Part shown: positions 29,926 through 39,955 of the stretch, one piece after another
Position numbering within the stretch: the first letter of the stretch is position 1
Layout of the letters: each line of letters starts with the position of its first letter
From: an uncultured Bacteroidia bacterium
Lineage (GTDB): Bacteria; Bacteroidota; Bacteroidia; Bacteroidales; UBA932
Reading direction: 5' to 3'
Length of the DNA: 64,000 nt
Assembly (NCBI GenBank): GCA_902789435.1
Contig: CADAOA010000002.1
Location: 27,285-91,284, forward strand
Notes under the pieces: model-generated
The model's database searches: none
What the model was told of the DNA's origin: nothing
What the model saw: only the letters and a program-made list of their open reading frames with translations
Program-made: the position numbers and the translations under genes

Positions 29926-30436
29926 TTTTTTCCACAAGGACCGTGGCATAGACCGCCACACCCTCCTCTCTTCCCACGAATCCGGCACCCTCCGTGGTGG
30001 TGGCCTTTACGGAAATGTCCTCAATGGAAGAAGGGTATTTGTCGCTGACCCTGGAAATGGTCTCGGCGATACTTCTTCTCATCTTTTCTATGAAAGGAGC
30101 CACTTTCGGCTTCTGGAGGAGGATGGTGATATCCGCGTTGACAAGGCGGTATCCCTTGTCCAGAACCAGGCGGTAGGACCTTTCCAGAAGGATTTTGCTG
30201 TCAATTCCCTTGAATTCCGCGCTTGTGTCCGGAAAATGGTGGCCGATATCGCCGAGGGCAAGGGCTCCCAAAAGAGCATCGCAGAGGGCGTGCAAAGCCA
30301 CATCCCCGTCTGAATGTGCCACACAGCCCTTTGTGTGAGGGATTTTTACTCCGCCCAGAAACAGCGGCAGACCCGGTGCTAGAAGATGGACATCGTATCC
30401 GTTTCCTATTCTGAATATGTTTTTGGTGTTGCTCAT
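29915..30436 (-). CDS. ispF: 2-C-methyl-D-erythritol 2,4-cyclodiphosphate synthase
   Basis: FRIGNGYDVH, HSDGDVALHA, GDIGHHFPDT motifs. Start set at MSNTKNIFRIG (30436). Confidence 0.93.
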   Translation of the reverse strand: MSNTKNIFRIGNGYDVHLLAPGLPLFLGGVKIPHTKGCVAHSDGDVALHALCDALLGALALGDIGHHFPDTSAEFKGIDSKILLERSYRLVLDKGYRLVNADITILLQKPKVAPFIEKMRRSIAETISRVSDKYPSSIEDISVKATTTEGAGFVGREEGVAVYATVLVEKICE

Positions 30437-30487
30437 ACAACGCAAAAATACTGATTTTTCGGGTTTGATTGTTATATTTGCATCATT

Positions 30488-30808
30488 ATGGGATTCAAGT
30501 TTTTTTCTTTGCCAAGCCACAGGGTGTTTGACTACCCTGCAAGGTACTATAACAAAGATCTCGAGAAGTTCGAGGGCATAAATGCCGAGGCCAAGGCCAG
30601 ACAGAGCGGCGCAGGATATGTTCCCGGATCCATCGTCTCCAAGGGATTCCGCAAGAATTCAAAGGAACTCAAGAGGGCTGAGGGAGGTTACGGAAAGGGA
30701 AAGAGGTTTTTGGTATATATAATTATTGCGTTGATTCTTGTGGCTTTGCTGTATTTCACAAAGGCATTGTCGCTTCTGTTCCAGGCCTATCAGATCAACC
30801 ACGGTTAA
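30488..30808 (+). CDS. hypothetical protein with C-terminal TM helix
   Basis: ORF with a single hydrophobic helix (FLVYIIIALILVALLYF), directly upstream of mutL. No family recognised. Confidence 0.5.
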   Translation: MGFKFFSLPSHRVFDYPARYYNKDLEKFEGINAEAKARQSGAGYVPGSIVSKGFRKNSKELKRAEGGYGKGKRFLVYIIIALILVALLYFTKALSLLFQAYQINHG

Positions 30809-30820
30809 TATTTTGAGATT

Positions 30821-32599
30821 ATGCTGAAAGTCCTGCCCGAAAGTATCTACAGCCTGATTGCCGCCGGAGAAGTGATCCAGAGGCCAGCTTCCGTAGTGAA
30901 GGAGCTCATGGAGAACTCCGCGGATGCCGGAGCCACATCCATAATGCTGGTGGTCTCCGATTACGGCAAGACTCTTATACAGGTCATCGACAACGGCACC
31001 GGAATGGATGCCGAGGAGGCTTCTATATGTTTCCTTTCCCACGCCACATCCAAGATTGACTCCGTGGAGGACCTTCAGAATCTGTCCACTTTCGGATTCA
31101 GGGGAGAGGCTCTGGCTTCCATAGCCGCCTGTGCGGATGTTACTCTGAAAACCCGCAAGAAGGGTCAGCCTACCGGGACGCAAGTCCATATATCCGGAGG
31201 CAAGACTCTGGAAACAACGGAGATAGCCTGCCCGGAAGGATGCAACATAGCCGTGCGGAATCTCTTCTTCAACATTCCGGCCAGAAGAAAATTCCTCAAG
31301 TCAGACAACAGCGAGTACAGGATGATTGTCTCCGAATTCACCCGCGTTGCACTGACAAGACTGGACATTGAATTCCGGCTCATATCAAATTCCAAGGAAG
31401 TAATCACCCTGCCGAAGGGCAGAAACCTCAAGCAAAGGCTATCAGACCTGTTTGGCTCCGCGATGGGAAAGCAGATGGTGGACATCAGCGTGGACACCAC
31501 GGTTGTGAAGATCAGCGGAGTGGTCGGCACCCCACAAAGCGCAAAGAAAACCCAGCAGAACACATTCCTGTTTGCCAATGGAAGATATTTCCGCTCACCG
31601 ATGCTTCACAAGGCGGTTATGAAAGCCTATGGCAACCTTGTTCCGGAAGGAAACTCCCCGCACTATTTCATATTCCTGGAGGTCCCTCCGCAGGAAATGG
31701 ACGTCAACATAAGTCCATCCAAGACTGAAATCAAACTGGAAAACGAGCAGGTAATCTTCCAGATAATGGAAGCCGCAGTAAAGGAAGCCATCGGGAAGAA
31801 CGCCTTCGCTCCTGCGATTGATTTTGACACGGAAGGAGTTCCACTGGAAATAAGCAACGGAGACGGTTTCACCCTGTCTCCGGAAGAAAAGAAGATAATG
31901 CAGCAGGGAGGATTCCGCCCTCCAAAGATCAATTATGACCCGCTGTTCAACCCGTTCGAGGAAGAGAAAAAACAGGAAGGGTCAAGCTACAGGAACATTC
32001 CGAGCAACATCAACTCCCAGCTGATGGAAGAGCCCGAGGAAAGGCGTATTATACAGATTGACAGGAATCTTGTAGCCGTCGCTGACAAAGACGTAGGGCT
32101 CATCATTTTCAATGTCGCAAGGGCAAGGCAGAGGATATTCTACGAAAGATATCTCAAGTCCCTTACCGAGAAAAATTGCCAGATTCAGGAAGAATTGTTC
32201 CCTAAAACCGTGAGTCTGGACCACTCTTCCTTCACCACCCTTATGGACAACTTGGAAAAGGTCCGTTCACTCGGCTTTGAAATAAGGCAATTCGGCAAGG
32301 ACTGTGTGGTAGTGAGCGGTACGCCGGCAGATTTCCGCGGAGAAAAATTCTCCGTTGAGGAATGCATAGAGGAGATAGCCCGCTACATAGAAGAAGGTGA
32401 CAGCACGGAGCTTTACCGCAAAGCCGCCCTGGACATTGTACGCCGCTCAAATTTCTCCTACACGGCAACCATTTCCGAAAAGGAAGCCGGAGCGGTCATC
32501 GATGAACTGATGAATTGCAAAGATAGCGCAACCTGCCCTACGGGAGGATACACCTTCCTGAAAATCAGCGCTGAAGAAATCAGAAAGAAACTGTTATGA
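30821..32599 (+). CDS. mutL: DNA mismatch repair protein MutL
   Basis: IAAGEVIQRPASVVKELMENSADAGAT, DNGTGM, FGFRGEAL GHKL-ATPase motifs. Confidence 0.95.
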   Translation: MLKVLPESIYSLIAAGEVIQRPASVVKELMENSADAGATSIMLVVSDYGKTLIQVIDNGTGMDAEEASICFLSHATSKIDSVEDLQNLSTFGFRGEALASIAACADVTLKTRKKGQPTGTQVHISGGKTLETTEIACPEGCNIAVRNLFFNIPARRKFLKSDNSEYRMIVSEFTRVALTRLDIEFRLISNSKEVITLPKGRNLKQRLSDLFGSAMGKQMVDISVDTTVVKISGVVGTPQSAKKTQQNTFLFANGRYFRSPMLHKAVMKAYGNLVPEGNSPHYFIFLEVPPQEMDVNISPSKTEIKLENEQVIFQIMEAAVKEAIGKNAFAPAIDFDTEGVPLEISNGDGFTLSPEEKKIMQQGGFRPPKINYDPLFNPFEEEKKQEGSSYRNIPSNINSQLMEEPEERRIIQIDRNLVAVADKDVGLIIFNVARARQRIFYERYLKSLTEKNCQIQEELFPKTVSLDHSSFTTLMDNLEKVRSLGFEIRQFGKDCVVVSGTPADFRGEKFSVEECIEEIARYIEEGDSTELYRKAALDIVRRSNFSYTATISEKEAGAVIDELMNCKDSATCPTGGYTFLKISAEEIRKKLL

Positions 32600-33201
32600 G
32601 AAATTTGCCTCCAGCACTAAAGCACATAATCATTATCAATGTCCTGATGTTTGTAGCCACGCTGCTCATCGGCGACAGGATGTATGAGATTTTCGCCCTC
32701 TTCCCAATCGGAAGCCCGTGGTTCCAGGTTTGGCAGCCAATCACCCACATGTTCATGCACGGAGGATTCTTCCATATCTTCTTCAACATGTACACGCTGT
32801 TCTTCTTCGGAATGGCCTTGGAAAGGACATGGGGAAGCAAGAAATTTGTGATTTACTACTTTGTGACCGGACTTGGAGCGGCAGCCTGCCATCTGGCGGT
32901 GATGTATCTTCAGGGAGCCCCGCTGAATATCCCGACCGTAGGAGCATCAGGTGCCGTTTACGGAGTCCTTCTGGCTTACGGAATGCTCTATCCTAACAGC
33001 AGGATCACCATGGTATTCCCTATTCCGGTAACTTTAAAGGCCAAGTGGTTTGTGGTGATATTCGGAGCCATAGAACTTGTAACGGGTATTTTCGACACCA
33101 CATCCGGAATAGCCCACTTCGCTCATCTGGGTGGTATGATATTCGGCTTCTTCCTCATTCTCTGGTGGAAGAAAAGGAACAGACTCTATACCTGGGAATA
33201 A
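32596..33201 (+). CDS. rhomboid family intramembrane serine protease
   Basis: Multi-TM protein, HxxxxHxxxN-like FMHGGFFHIFFNM, catalytic GASGAVYG, and AHLGG. Confidence 0.88.
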   Translation: MRNLPPALKHIIIINVLMFVATLLIGDRMYEIFALFPIGSPWFQVWQPITHMFMHGGFFHIFFNMYTLFFFGMALERTWGSKKFVIYYFVTGLGAAACHLAVMYLQGAPLNIPTVGASGAVYGVLLAYGMLYPNSRITMVFPIPVTLKAKWFVVIFGAIELVTGIFDTTSGIAHFAHLGGMIFGFFLILWWKKRNRLYTWE

Positions 33202-33204
33202 GCT

Positions 33205-34299
33205 ATGGCAAGAAAGGGGCGCAGAAGAAGGGTTCCACGGTTTTTCGGGATAACATTCCGGCTTGTCCTGATCGTAGCCGGCATCTGTCTTCTGTTGAGT
33301 TACGTTTCCTCTTACATAGATCCGACAAAGTTTTCGATCCCGATGTTTTTCGGGTTGTATTTCATCCCTATCCTGGCTATCAATTTCCTGCTTCTGGTGA
33401 TTGCCCTGCTGTCGCGGAGCAAAAGCGCCTGGATTACTATCATAGCCCTTCTGCCGGCATTGCTTTTTGCAGAGCGGTTTGTCCGCTTTGGCGGCGGAAA
33501 GGAAAACGGGGGCCAGAGAATCCGAATAGAAACATATAATGTCGGGCTGTTCCGCCTTTCCAAAAACAAAATGACATACGGCCAGACAATGGACAGTGTC
33601 TATTCGCATATAGAAAAATCTGACGCTGATATCGTTTGCCTGCAGGAAGTATATCTGGACAGCCTTCAGATAGCAAAAAAGATGCTTCCTCAATACCAGT
33701 GGAGAACCTGGCATCTGATCCCGCATCAGAAGGGACAAAGGAGCGGAAACATAATCTTCAGCCGGTTCCCGATAACAAACGGAGGCCTTATCAAATTCAA
33801 GAGCAGTACCAACCTCTCCCTGTATGCTGATATCGTCATCGGGGAAGATACTGTCCGGGTTTACAACAACCACCTGCAGTCTTATGCCATTTCCCCTACG
33901 GCGCTGCTCCAGAAAATACGGACCAAAAAGACTTTTTCCGAGGAGGTTGGAAATGAGATCATCAATGTCCACAACAAGTTCCGCAACTCTGTAATACAGC
34001 GTTCCCATCAGGTTAACGCCGTCCTGGACAACATAAAGAAAAGCCCCTATCCTTCTGTTGTCTGCGGAGATTTCAACGATATTCCGATGAGCTACACCTA
34101 TCACAAACTCTCCTATGGCAGTAAAGATACCTTCAAGGAATCAGGCAAGGGCTTTTCCGCAACCTTCTCGGTACTTTGGCCGCTGTTCCGCATAGACTAT
34201 ATTTTCATTCCGGAGAGTTTCAACAGCATAAGCCACAAAACTATAAGATGCAACTACTCAGATCACTATCCGGTAGTTGCCGAATTTGCAAAGCAATAA
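33205..34299 (+). CDS. endonuclease/exonuclease/phosphatase (EEP) family membrane protein
   Basis: N-terminal TM helices, then EEP motifs (TYNV, LQEV, GDFN, SDHYPV). Confidence 0.8.
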   Translation: MARKGRRRRVPRFFGITFRLVLIVAGICLLLSYVSSYIDPTKFSIPMFFGLYFIPILAINFLLLVIALLSRSKSAWITIIALLPALLFAERFVRFGGGKENGGQRIRIETYNVGLFRLSKNKMTYGQTMDSVYSHIEKSDADIVCLQEVYLDSLQIAKKMLPQYQWRTWHLIPHQKGQRSGNIIFSRFPITNGGLIKFKSSTNLSLYADIVIGEDTVRVYNNHLQSYAISPTALLQKIRTKKTFSEEVGNEIINVHNKFRNSVIQRSHQVNAVLDNIKKSPYPSVVCGDFNDIPMSYTYHKLSYGSKDTFKESGKGFSATFSVLWPLFRIDYIFIPESFNSISHKTIRCNYSDHYPVVAEFAKQ

Positions 34300-34303
34300 G
34301 GCC

Positions 34304-34906
34304 ATGGGAGAAAAACATTCATACAAGATGGATCCCAGGATGGAGATCCAGATAAAGAAAGCAGCGGAAGCCATCAAGGCCGGAGGCACCATACTTTACC
34401 CTACAGATACAATCTGGGGTATAGGCTGCGACGCCACAAACCCGGAGGCCGTGAAGAAAGTCTTTGCAATCAAGAAACGGGAGGAAAGCAAGTCTCTGGT
34501 AACCCTAGTCAGCGACCTGGATATGCTGGCAAGATATGTCAAGGAGATTCCGGAAGCCGCCCTAGATTTGATAGAGGTCAACGATTCTCCTATGACCATA
34601 ATTTATCCGGATGCCACACATCTGGCTTCCAATGTAATAGCTGAAGACGGAAGTGTCGGCATAAGAATCCCGATGAATGAGTTCTGCCGCCAGCTGTGCT
34701 TCAGGCTCAGAAAGCCGATAGTTTCCACCTCCGCAAACATCTCTGGAGAAAATCCTCCGAAGGGATTCAAGGATATTTCGCAGGAGATAAAGGATGCTGT
34801 TGACTACACCGTCCATCCTTCCATGGAAGAAAAGAATTCCACCCACAAGGCATCGCAGATAATAAAGATCGGCCTGAAGGGAGAAATCCAGATAATAAGA
34901 AAATAA
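34304..34906 (+). CDS. tsaC: L-threonylcarbamoyladenylate synthase (TsaC/YrdC family)
   Basis: ILYPTDTIWGIGCDA, KxR..SKSL, TSANISGE motifs. Confidence 0.85.
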   Translation: MGEKHSYKMDPRMEIQIKKAAEAIKAGGTILYPTDTIWGIGCDATNPEAVKKVFAIKKREESKSLVTLVSDLDMLARYVKEIPEAALDLIEVNDSPMTIIYPDATHLASNVIAEDGSVGIRIPMNEFCRQLCFRLRKPIVSTSANISGENPPKGFKDISQEIKDAVDYTVHPSMEEKNSTHKASQIIKIGLKGEIQIIRK

Positions 34907-34912
34907 TTTCCA

Positions 34913-36217
34913 ATGAAAAGAATCTTGTCCGTAGCAGTTATTATGCTGCTGACCGTGCTGAATATCAGCGCCCAGAACAACACAAAAGGCTATTATGGGG
35001 ATGTCCTGATAGACGGAGGCATCGGCCTGTCTTCCAAATGGTACATTCCGGCAACCATTTATCTGGACCTGACAAAGCACACGCTGCTGTCCGTAAAGGA
35101 TGATAAAGACTATTCAAGTCTTGACACCCTCTATCAGAACAGCGTTTTTATCGGCAACGAATATGACGAGAACGGATATCTGCTTTATCCAGACGGAGCT
35201 CCCCGCTTCCGTGTTCTCTACGTGAACGGCGGCAGTTCCTTTTCCCACGGAAGAAGTGTGGGAGAAGAAGGCAGAAGGAACATAATGCAATTCATCCTAA
35301 ACGGCGGAAGCTATGTGGGAACCTGCGCCGGAAGCGCACTTTCCAGCAAAGGCGTGATCTGGGACAACGGTTTCCGCATACAAGAAGAATATTTTGCCAT
35401 CTGGCCGGGAGTCATAAGAAGAAGCGAAGCCTCCAGAATATATACCGGAATGAATATTCCGAAAAAATCTCCGCTTCTCAGATACTATGATTTCGGGGGA
35501 GACCTTCACCTGGACAGCCTCTATCATAACCTTGGAAATCACGCCTACAGAGATCTGGACTGGCCGGCTGGAACCGAAATCCTTGCCACCTACGAGACAG
35601 ACACCCTGAATCTTGAGAGGAAAATTGGCGGAGAGCCTTCCATCTGGGCATACAGGCCGACCGCAAATTCTGGAAGGGAAGTCATGTGCGGATCCCATCC
35701 CGAATCCATCCCTTACGGGGAGAGACTCCACCTGATGAGCGCAATGCTGCGTTACGCAATGGACGGAAACGGATATCCTTCCGTCAAGGCCGAGCTCATA
35801 AACAACGAGGAAAGGGTGATGGACCGCTCCACCCACGACAACCAGCCGGAACTGACCAAGATCGGCGACAGGCAGTATCACCATTTTCTGGTGAGGGTTC
35901 CAAAGAAGACAAAATCGCTGAGTATAACCTTGACGACTGTGCCTGACCAGCCAAAGGACAGCACGCTGAAAGAGCCTGACCTTTTCCTGTTTGCAAGGAG
36001 AGGAAAGTTTGCCTACAAGGGAGAATCCGACTTCCAGAACCTCAAGGACGGAATCGGAAAGGTCATCGAAATCAGCAAGCCTAAGGCGGGGAACTGGTAT
36101 ATCTCCGTATTCTGCAACACTACCGTGGATACGGAAGAAACAACATACGGAACCCGCTACACAGGACGGCTTGATGTCCTGAACGGGGTTCCGTACATAA
36201 TTAAGGTTGAGTATTAA
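34913..36217 (+). CDS. secreted protein: GATase1-like (BPL_N-type) N-terminal domain + PPC-like C-terminal beta-sandwich
   Basis: Signal peptide. GGSYVGTCAGSALSS resembles the nucleophile-elbow region of class I amidotransferase-like folds. The C-terminal QYHHFLVRVP...LFLFARRG...NWYISVF resembles pre-peptidase C-terminal domains. Domain calls are by eye. Confidence 0.5.
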   Translation: MKRILSVAVIMLLTVLNISAQNNTKGYYGDVLIDGGIGLSSKWYIPATIYLDLTKHTLLSVKDDKDYSSLDTLYQNSVFIGNEYDENGYLLYPDGAPRFRVLYVNGGSSFSHGRSVGEEGRRNIMQFILNGGSYVGTCAGSALSSKGVIWDNGFRIQEEYFAIWPGVIRRSEASRIYTGMNIPKKSPLLRYYDFGGDLHLDSLYHNLGNHAYRDLDWPAGTEILATYETDTLNLERKIGGEPSIWAYRPTANSGREVMCGSHPESIPYGERLHLMSAMLRYAMDGNGYPSVKAELINNEERVMDRSTHDNQPELTKIGDRQYHHFLVRVPKKTKSLSITLTTVPDQPKDSTLKEPDLFLFARRGKFAYKGESDFQNLKDGIGKVIEISKPKAGNWYISVFCNTTVDTEETTYGTRYTGRLDVLNGVPYIIKVEY

Positions 36218-36223
36218 CCCTGC

Positions 36224-37018
36224 CTATTTCATTTCCACGAACGAAGGAGCGCTGTGTCCCCTAAGGTGGACAAAGGCCTCCGCATAGTCGCACCAGTATT
36301 CCATTCCACGGAATTTTTCCATAGGTATGTGCCAGTCGTTCAGAAGATCCGGCATGCCCTGGCTTTCGTGGCAATAGCAGGCCTCGTGCTTTTTCTCCAC
36401 CACTGAAGTTATGTCCACATAATCTGTCGGGACAAAGTTCATGCTCTGGTTTCCGCTCATGGCCTCGGCATAGAAGAGGTTGAAGCTGTATCCGCTGTAT
36501 CTCCAGGCGTCATAGACAAGGATAGAGCAGATACGGTGGTCTCTATGAGTATCTATAGGCCAGTGGGTTATCACCAGTTCAGGTTTTTCCTCCTTGATAA
36601 CCTGGAGCATCTCGTCGTACTTCTCCTTGTTGATTACGGTGGCTCCGTCCACCTGCGACATGAACCTGTATCTGGCTCCGGTAACCTTGCAGGCTGCCTT
36701 GCATTCCTTTTCTCTGATGGCGGCTGCCTGGTCTCCGCTCATTCCCTTGATACCAGCCTCTCCTCTTGTAAGATAGACGCACACTACATCCCAGCCGGCC
36801 TGAAGCAAAAGAATCATCGTACCTCCGGCTATAGTCTCAGGATCGTCCGGATGGGCGCCGATTATCAGAGCCTTGCGCTTTTTGCCCTTCTTGCCTGACA
36901 AAGATGATGATCCGCTCAAAGGAGAAGCGTTGATTATCGAAGGAAGAGACAGCGCGGCGGCTGATGCAGCCACTCCGGCGGAGGTTTTCAACCAATTTCT
37001 TCTGGAAACTTTTTTCAT
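36224..37018 (-). CDS. PIG-L/LmbE family deacetylase with twin-arginine signal peptide
   Basis: SRRNWLK matches the Tat consensus S/T-R-R-x-F-L-K. AHPDDPE and HRDH zinc-site motifs. Confidence 0.8.
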   Translation of the reverse strand: MKKVSRRNWLKTSAGVAASAAALSLPSIINASPLSGSSSLSGKKGKKRKALIIGAHPDDPETIAGGTMILLLQAGWDVVCVYLTRGEAGIKGMSGDQAAAIREKECKAACKVTGARYRFMSQVDGATVINKEKYDEMLQVIKEEKPELVITHWPIDTHRDHRICSILVYDAWRYSGYSFNLFYAEAMSGNQSMNFVPTDYVDITSVVEKKHEACYCHESQGMPDLLNDWHIPMEKFRGMEYWCDYAEAFVHLRGHSAPSFVEMK

Positions 37019-37024
37019 ATCGTG

Positions 37025-37756
37025 TTATATTGAAGCAAAATAAACTTCGGAAACGGAAGCCACAGCTGCGGTTTCGACCCTTAATCTTGAAGGTCCTAAA
37101 GTCAGCGGCAGGAACCCACTCTGGCGGGCAAGAGCAATTTCCCTTTCGGAGAAATCTCCCTCCGGACCTATCATAATCACCACATTCAGAGGCTTTGGGG
37201 ATCCGGATACATATTCCCGGACAGTCTTCTTTTCGCCGTCTTCGCAGTGTGCCATCAGTTTCAGGGGCTCTTCTCCAAAATCGCGGAGGAGGAAATCATC
37301 CACACTTACGGCATCCTCAACTACAGGCAGGCAGGATTTCAGGCTTTGCTTTGTGGCGGACAACACCAGGGCCTCAAGCCTCTCTTTCTTCACGGTTGTT
37401 CTTATGGAATGGTCCGAAATCAGTGGAACTATCACATCTACACCCAATTCCGTAGCCTTCTCCGCAAACCACTCGTAACGGTCCATATTCTTGGTCGGGC
37501 AGACGGCCATTACAAGATGGTAGGACCGCTCCCCAACCCCCAGGCTCTTTTCCACAATCCTGCATTCGACTTCGGCATCTCCTTTCCTGGGGAGATTGAC
37601 AGAAGAAACCGTGCAGTTGTAAAGTCCGCCCTTGCCGTCGATTACAAAAACGGTATCGCCAGCCTTATGCCTTAGCACCCTGGCACAATGATCCGCTTCC
37701 TGCCCCTTCAGCAAAACAGTGTCTTTCCGGATATCTGTAGAATAGAACAATTCCAT
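37025..37756 (-). CDS. rsmE: 16S rRNA (uracil1498-N3)-methyltransferase
   Basis: HCARVLRHKAGD PUA-like N-terminus and GPEGDFSEREI SPOUT C-terminus. Confidence 0.88.
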   Translation of the reverse strand: MELFYSTDIRKDTVLLKGQEADHCARVLRHKAGDTVFVIDGKGGLYNCTVSSVNLPRKGDAEVECRIVEKSLGVGERSYHLVMAVCPTKNMDRYEWFAEKATELGVDVIVPLISDHSIRTTVKKERLEALVLSATKQSLKSCLPVVEDAVSVDDFLLRDFGEEPLKLMAHCEDGEKKTVREYVSGSPKPLNVVIMIGPEGDFSEREIALARQSGFLPLTLGPSRLRVETAAVASVSEVYFASI

Positions 37757-37830
37757 CGCAGAGACAAATTTAACTAAACTGGCAGAAATTCGTTAATTTT
37801 GTTGGTGACAAAAGTTTTAAAGTTTCTTTT

Positions 37831-39093
37831 ATGGCACAAGTGAAAACAACCCGTTACGTGGCCCTGGATGTTCTCAGGGGAATGACCGTAGCGGGAATGA
37901 TTCTGGTCAACAACCCCGGCAGCTGGGGACATATTTTCAAACCTTTAAGGCACGCCGCCTGGGCGGGATGCACTCCTACGGACCTCGTGTTCCCGTTCTT
38001 CTTGTTCGTGGTAGGTGCCGCTATGGCCTTCTCCTTTGCAAAGTACGGAGAGAGCCTTTCCAAGGCCAGTGTCAAGAAACTCCTGATAAGGGGCGCCTTG
38101 ATCTTCCTGGTCGGAGTGGCCCTGAACGCATTTCCGTTCATCAAGCTCCCGATGGATCCCGACCACGGCTTCTGGTGGAATGTCGCAGAGAAATTCCGTC
38201 ATCTGAGGATATTCGGAGTGCTGCAGAGAATCGCGATGTGCTATATAGTCGGCGGACTGCTTGCCCTGTGGCTTAAAAAGCCTAAGAAAATCGTCAGCAT
38301 AATGGTCATCCTGGCGCTTCTGGAAGTGCTGGTATTGTGGCTTCTCCGCGACGGTCAGGGAGCATTCCTGTTCGGCGAGACCGTTAAGGACACTATGGCA
38401 GGAAGGGCATCCGGAGCCTTTGACGTGAGCTTCTTCAACGCCCTTGGTCTGAACGGGTCCAACCACGTATACCACGGAGAGGGATTTGACTTTGACCCTG
38501 AGGGCCTTATCGGAGTACTCAGCGGCAGCTGCACGGTTCTGCTCGGATTCTTGATCGGCAACATCTGCCGCACGGAGGAACACAAAATCAATGCGGTTGC
38601 AAAGCTTTTCGTCATCGGAATGATCTGCCTTGCCCTGGGAATGATCGCCAGCATCTGGCTGCCGATCGTAAAGAAAATCTGGACCGGTTCATACGTTCTC
38701 TACGCAGGCGGCTGGGCCATACTGATGCTCGGATTCTTCGCTTACTTCATAGACGTCAAGGGAAAGGAAAAGATCTTCACTCCGTTCAAGGCTCTTGGAA
38801 TGAACCCTCTGTTCGCCTTCGTAATGGCCGGCCTGTTCTCCAAGATTCTGGGAGGCATGATCAAGTGGACCGTACCTATGGTCCAGGACGACGGAACAAT
38901 GGGAGAAAAGACCTACTCAGTACTCAGCTGGTTCTACCAGAATTGCTGCTGCCCTATTTTCCGCTCTGACTTTTTCGGCGGCAACAACGGAAACAACGAG
39001 TTCGCTTCCCTGATGTACGCCATCGTTTATGTGATTGTCTTCACCCTTATGGCTTACGCCCTCTACCGCAAGAAGATAGTCATCAAGCTATAG
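37831..39093 (+). CDS. HGSNAT-like (DUF5009/DUF1624) integral-membrane acyltransferase family protein
   Basis: RYVALDVLRGMTVAGMILVNNPGSW N-terminal signature, ~10 TM helices. Confidence 0.7.
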   Translation: MAQVKTTRYVALDVLRGMTVAGMILVNNPGSWGHIFKPLRHAAWAGCTPTDLVFPFFLFVVGAAMAFSFAKYGESLSKASVKKLLIRGALIFLVGVALNAFPFIKLPMDPDHGFWWNVAEKFRHLRIFGVLQRIAMCYIVGGLLALWLKKPKKIVSIMVILALLEVLVLWLLRDGQGAFLFGETVKDTMAGRASGAFDVSFFNALGLNGSNHVYHGEGFDFDPEGLIGVLSGSCTVLLGFLIGNICRTEEHKINAVAKLFVIGMICLALGMIASIWLPIVKKIWTGSYVLYAGGWAILMLGFFAYFIDVKGKEKIFTPFKALGMNPLFAFVMAGLFSKILGGMIKWTVPMVQDDGTMGEKTYSVLSWFYQNCCCPIFRSDFFGGNNGNNEFASLMYAIVYVIVFTLMAYALYRKKIVIKL

Positions 39094-39103
39094 TTTCTCT
39101 GCG

Positions 39104-39343
39104 ATGAAAAAGATGATAATGGTAAACGGACGTATGGCGGACGCCATCAGATGGGACGGGGTAAACATCGCCGAGATCAGAGAGCTTGCCGGAGAAAAAC
39201 TTATGGAACCTCATCTCTGCATGGGGTTCCTTTATCTTTTCATCGCCACCGAAGACGGCATCTCCCAGTGCAACGAGGGAGACTGGGTAGCCAGGGACCA
39301 GGACGGAGGCTGCCACGTGCTGAAAGCCGAAGAAATGCAATAG
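39104..39343 (+). CDS. hypothetical 79-aa protein
   Basis: Packed between neighbours (10 nt after the previous stop, 5 nt before tsaE). Preferred over the overlapping minus-strand ORF 39083..39340 on operon geometry only. Confidence 0.45.
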   Translation: MKKMIMVNGRMADAIRWDGVNIAEIRELAGEKLMEPHLCMGFLYLFIATEDGISQCNEGDWVARDQDGGCHVLKAEEMQ

Positions 39344-39348
39344 AACCT

Positions 39349-39807
39349 ATGACGGAAGAAGGAAAAGACATACTCAAGACATTCACCATCACCAGCCTTG
39401 AAGAAATAGACAAGGTGGCCGGGGATTTCATACAGTACATCTCCGAGTCCGACCTCCAGAGCAACATCTTCGCATTCTACGGCAAGATGGGTGCCGGCAA
39501 AACCACTTTCATCAAAGCCATCTGCAAGGCTCTAGGGGTCAAGGACATCGTAAACAGCCCGACCTTCACCATCATCAACGAATACAGAAGCAGCCGCGGC
39601 TTCCCTATCTACCACTTTGATTTCTACCGCATCAACCGCCTCCAGGAAGCCTTCGACATAGGAACTGAAGACTACTTTGCCGGAAACGGCCTCTGCCTTA
39701 TCGAATGGCCTGAAAAAATCGCAGAGATACTACCTGAAGACCACATCAAAGTCACCATCACCACAAACGAAGACCTCAGCCGCACCGTAGCGATTTCAAG
39801 AGGATAA
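39349..39807 (+). CDS. tsaE: tRNA t6A biosynthesis ATPase TsaE (YjeE)
   Basis: GKMGAGKTTFIKAICKALG P-loop, SPTFTIINEY, YHFDFYR motifs. Start at ATG 39349, not the long track ORF. Confidence 0.88.
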   Translation: MTEEGKDILKTFTITSLEEIDKVAGDFIQYISESDLQSNIFAFYGKMGAGKTTFIKAICKALGVKDIVNSPTFTIINEYRSSRGFPIYHFDFYRINRLQEAFDIGTEDYFAGNGLCLIEWPEKIAEILPEDHIKVTITTNEDLSRTVAISRG

Positions 39808-39887
39808 TCCTTCCTTTTTAAATCATTAACACATTGAAATCTGCACAAACGTAAAAACTTTGGGGGCGGACAGCGTCAATTGTACGT

Positions 39888-39925
39888 TTTGGTTTGGAGA
39901 TTCCTTGTGTCGTGAATTACTTTTG
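39888..39925 (+). promoter_or_regulatory. consensus Bacteroidota promoter for the PD-(D/E)xK nuclease gene
   Basis: TTTG (39893-39896) - 21 nt - TACTTTTG (39918-39925), ending 30 nt upstream of ATG 39956. Confidence 0.5.
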
Positions 39926-39955
39926 GCAGAATGCTAATCAACAAAAAGAGGGTTT

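Noticed and set aside
33034-34104. 356-aa minus-strand ORF across rhomboid/EEP genes
   Set aside because: It is antisense to two well-supported genes and crosses their boundary. No signal or domain features.
39083-39340. 85-aa minus-strand ORF overlapping the 79-aa plus-strand ORF 39104..39343
   Set aside because: The plus-strand ORF fits the operon geometry, being tightly packed between same-strand neighbours. The minus-strand ORF would be an isolated antisense gene with no promoter space. Neither has homology support, so the plus-strand call is itself only moderate confidence.
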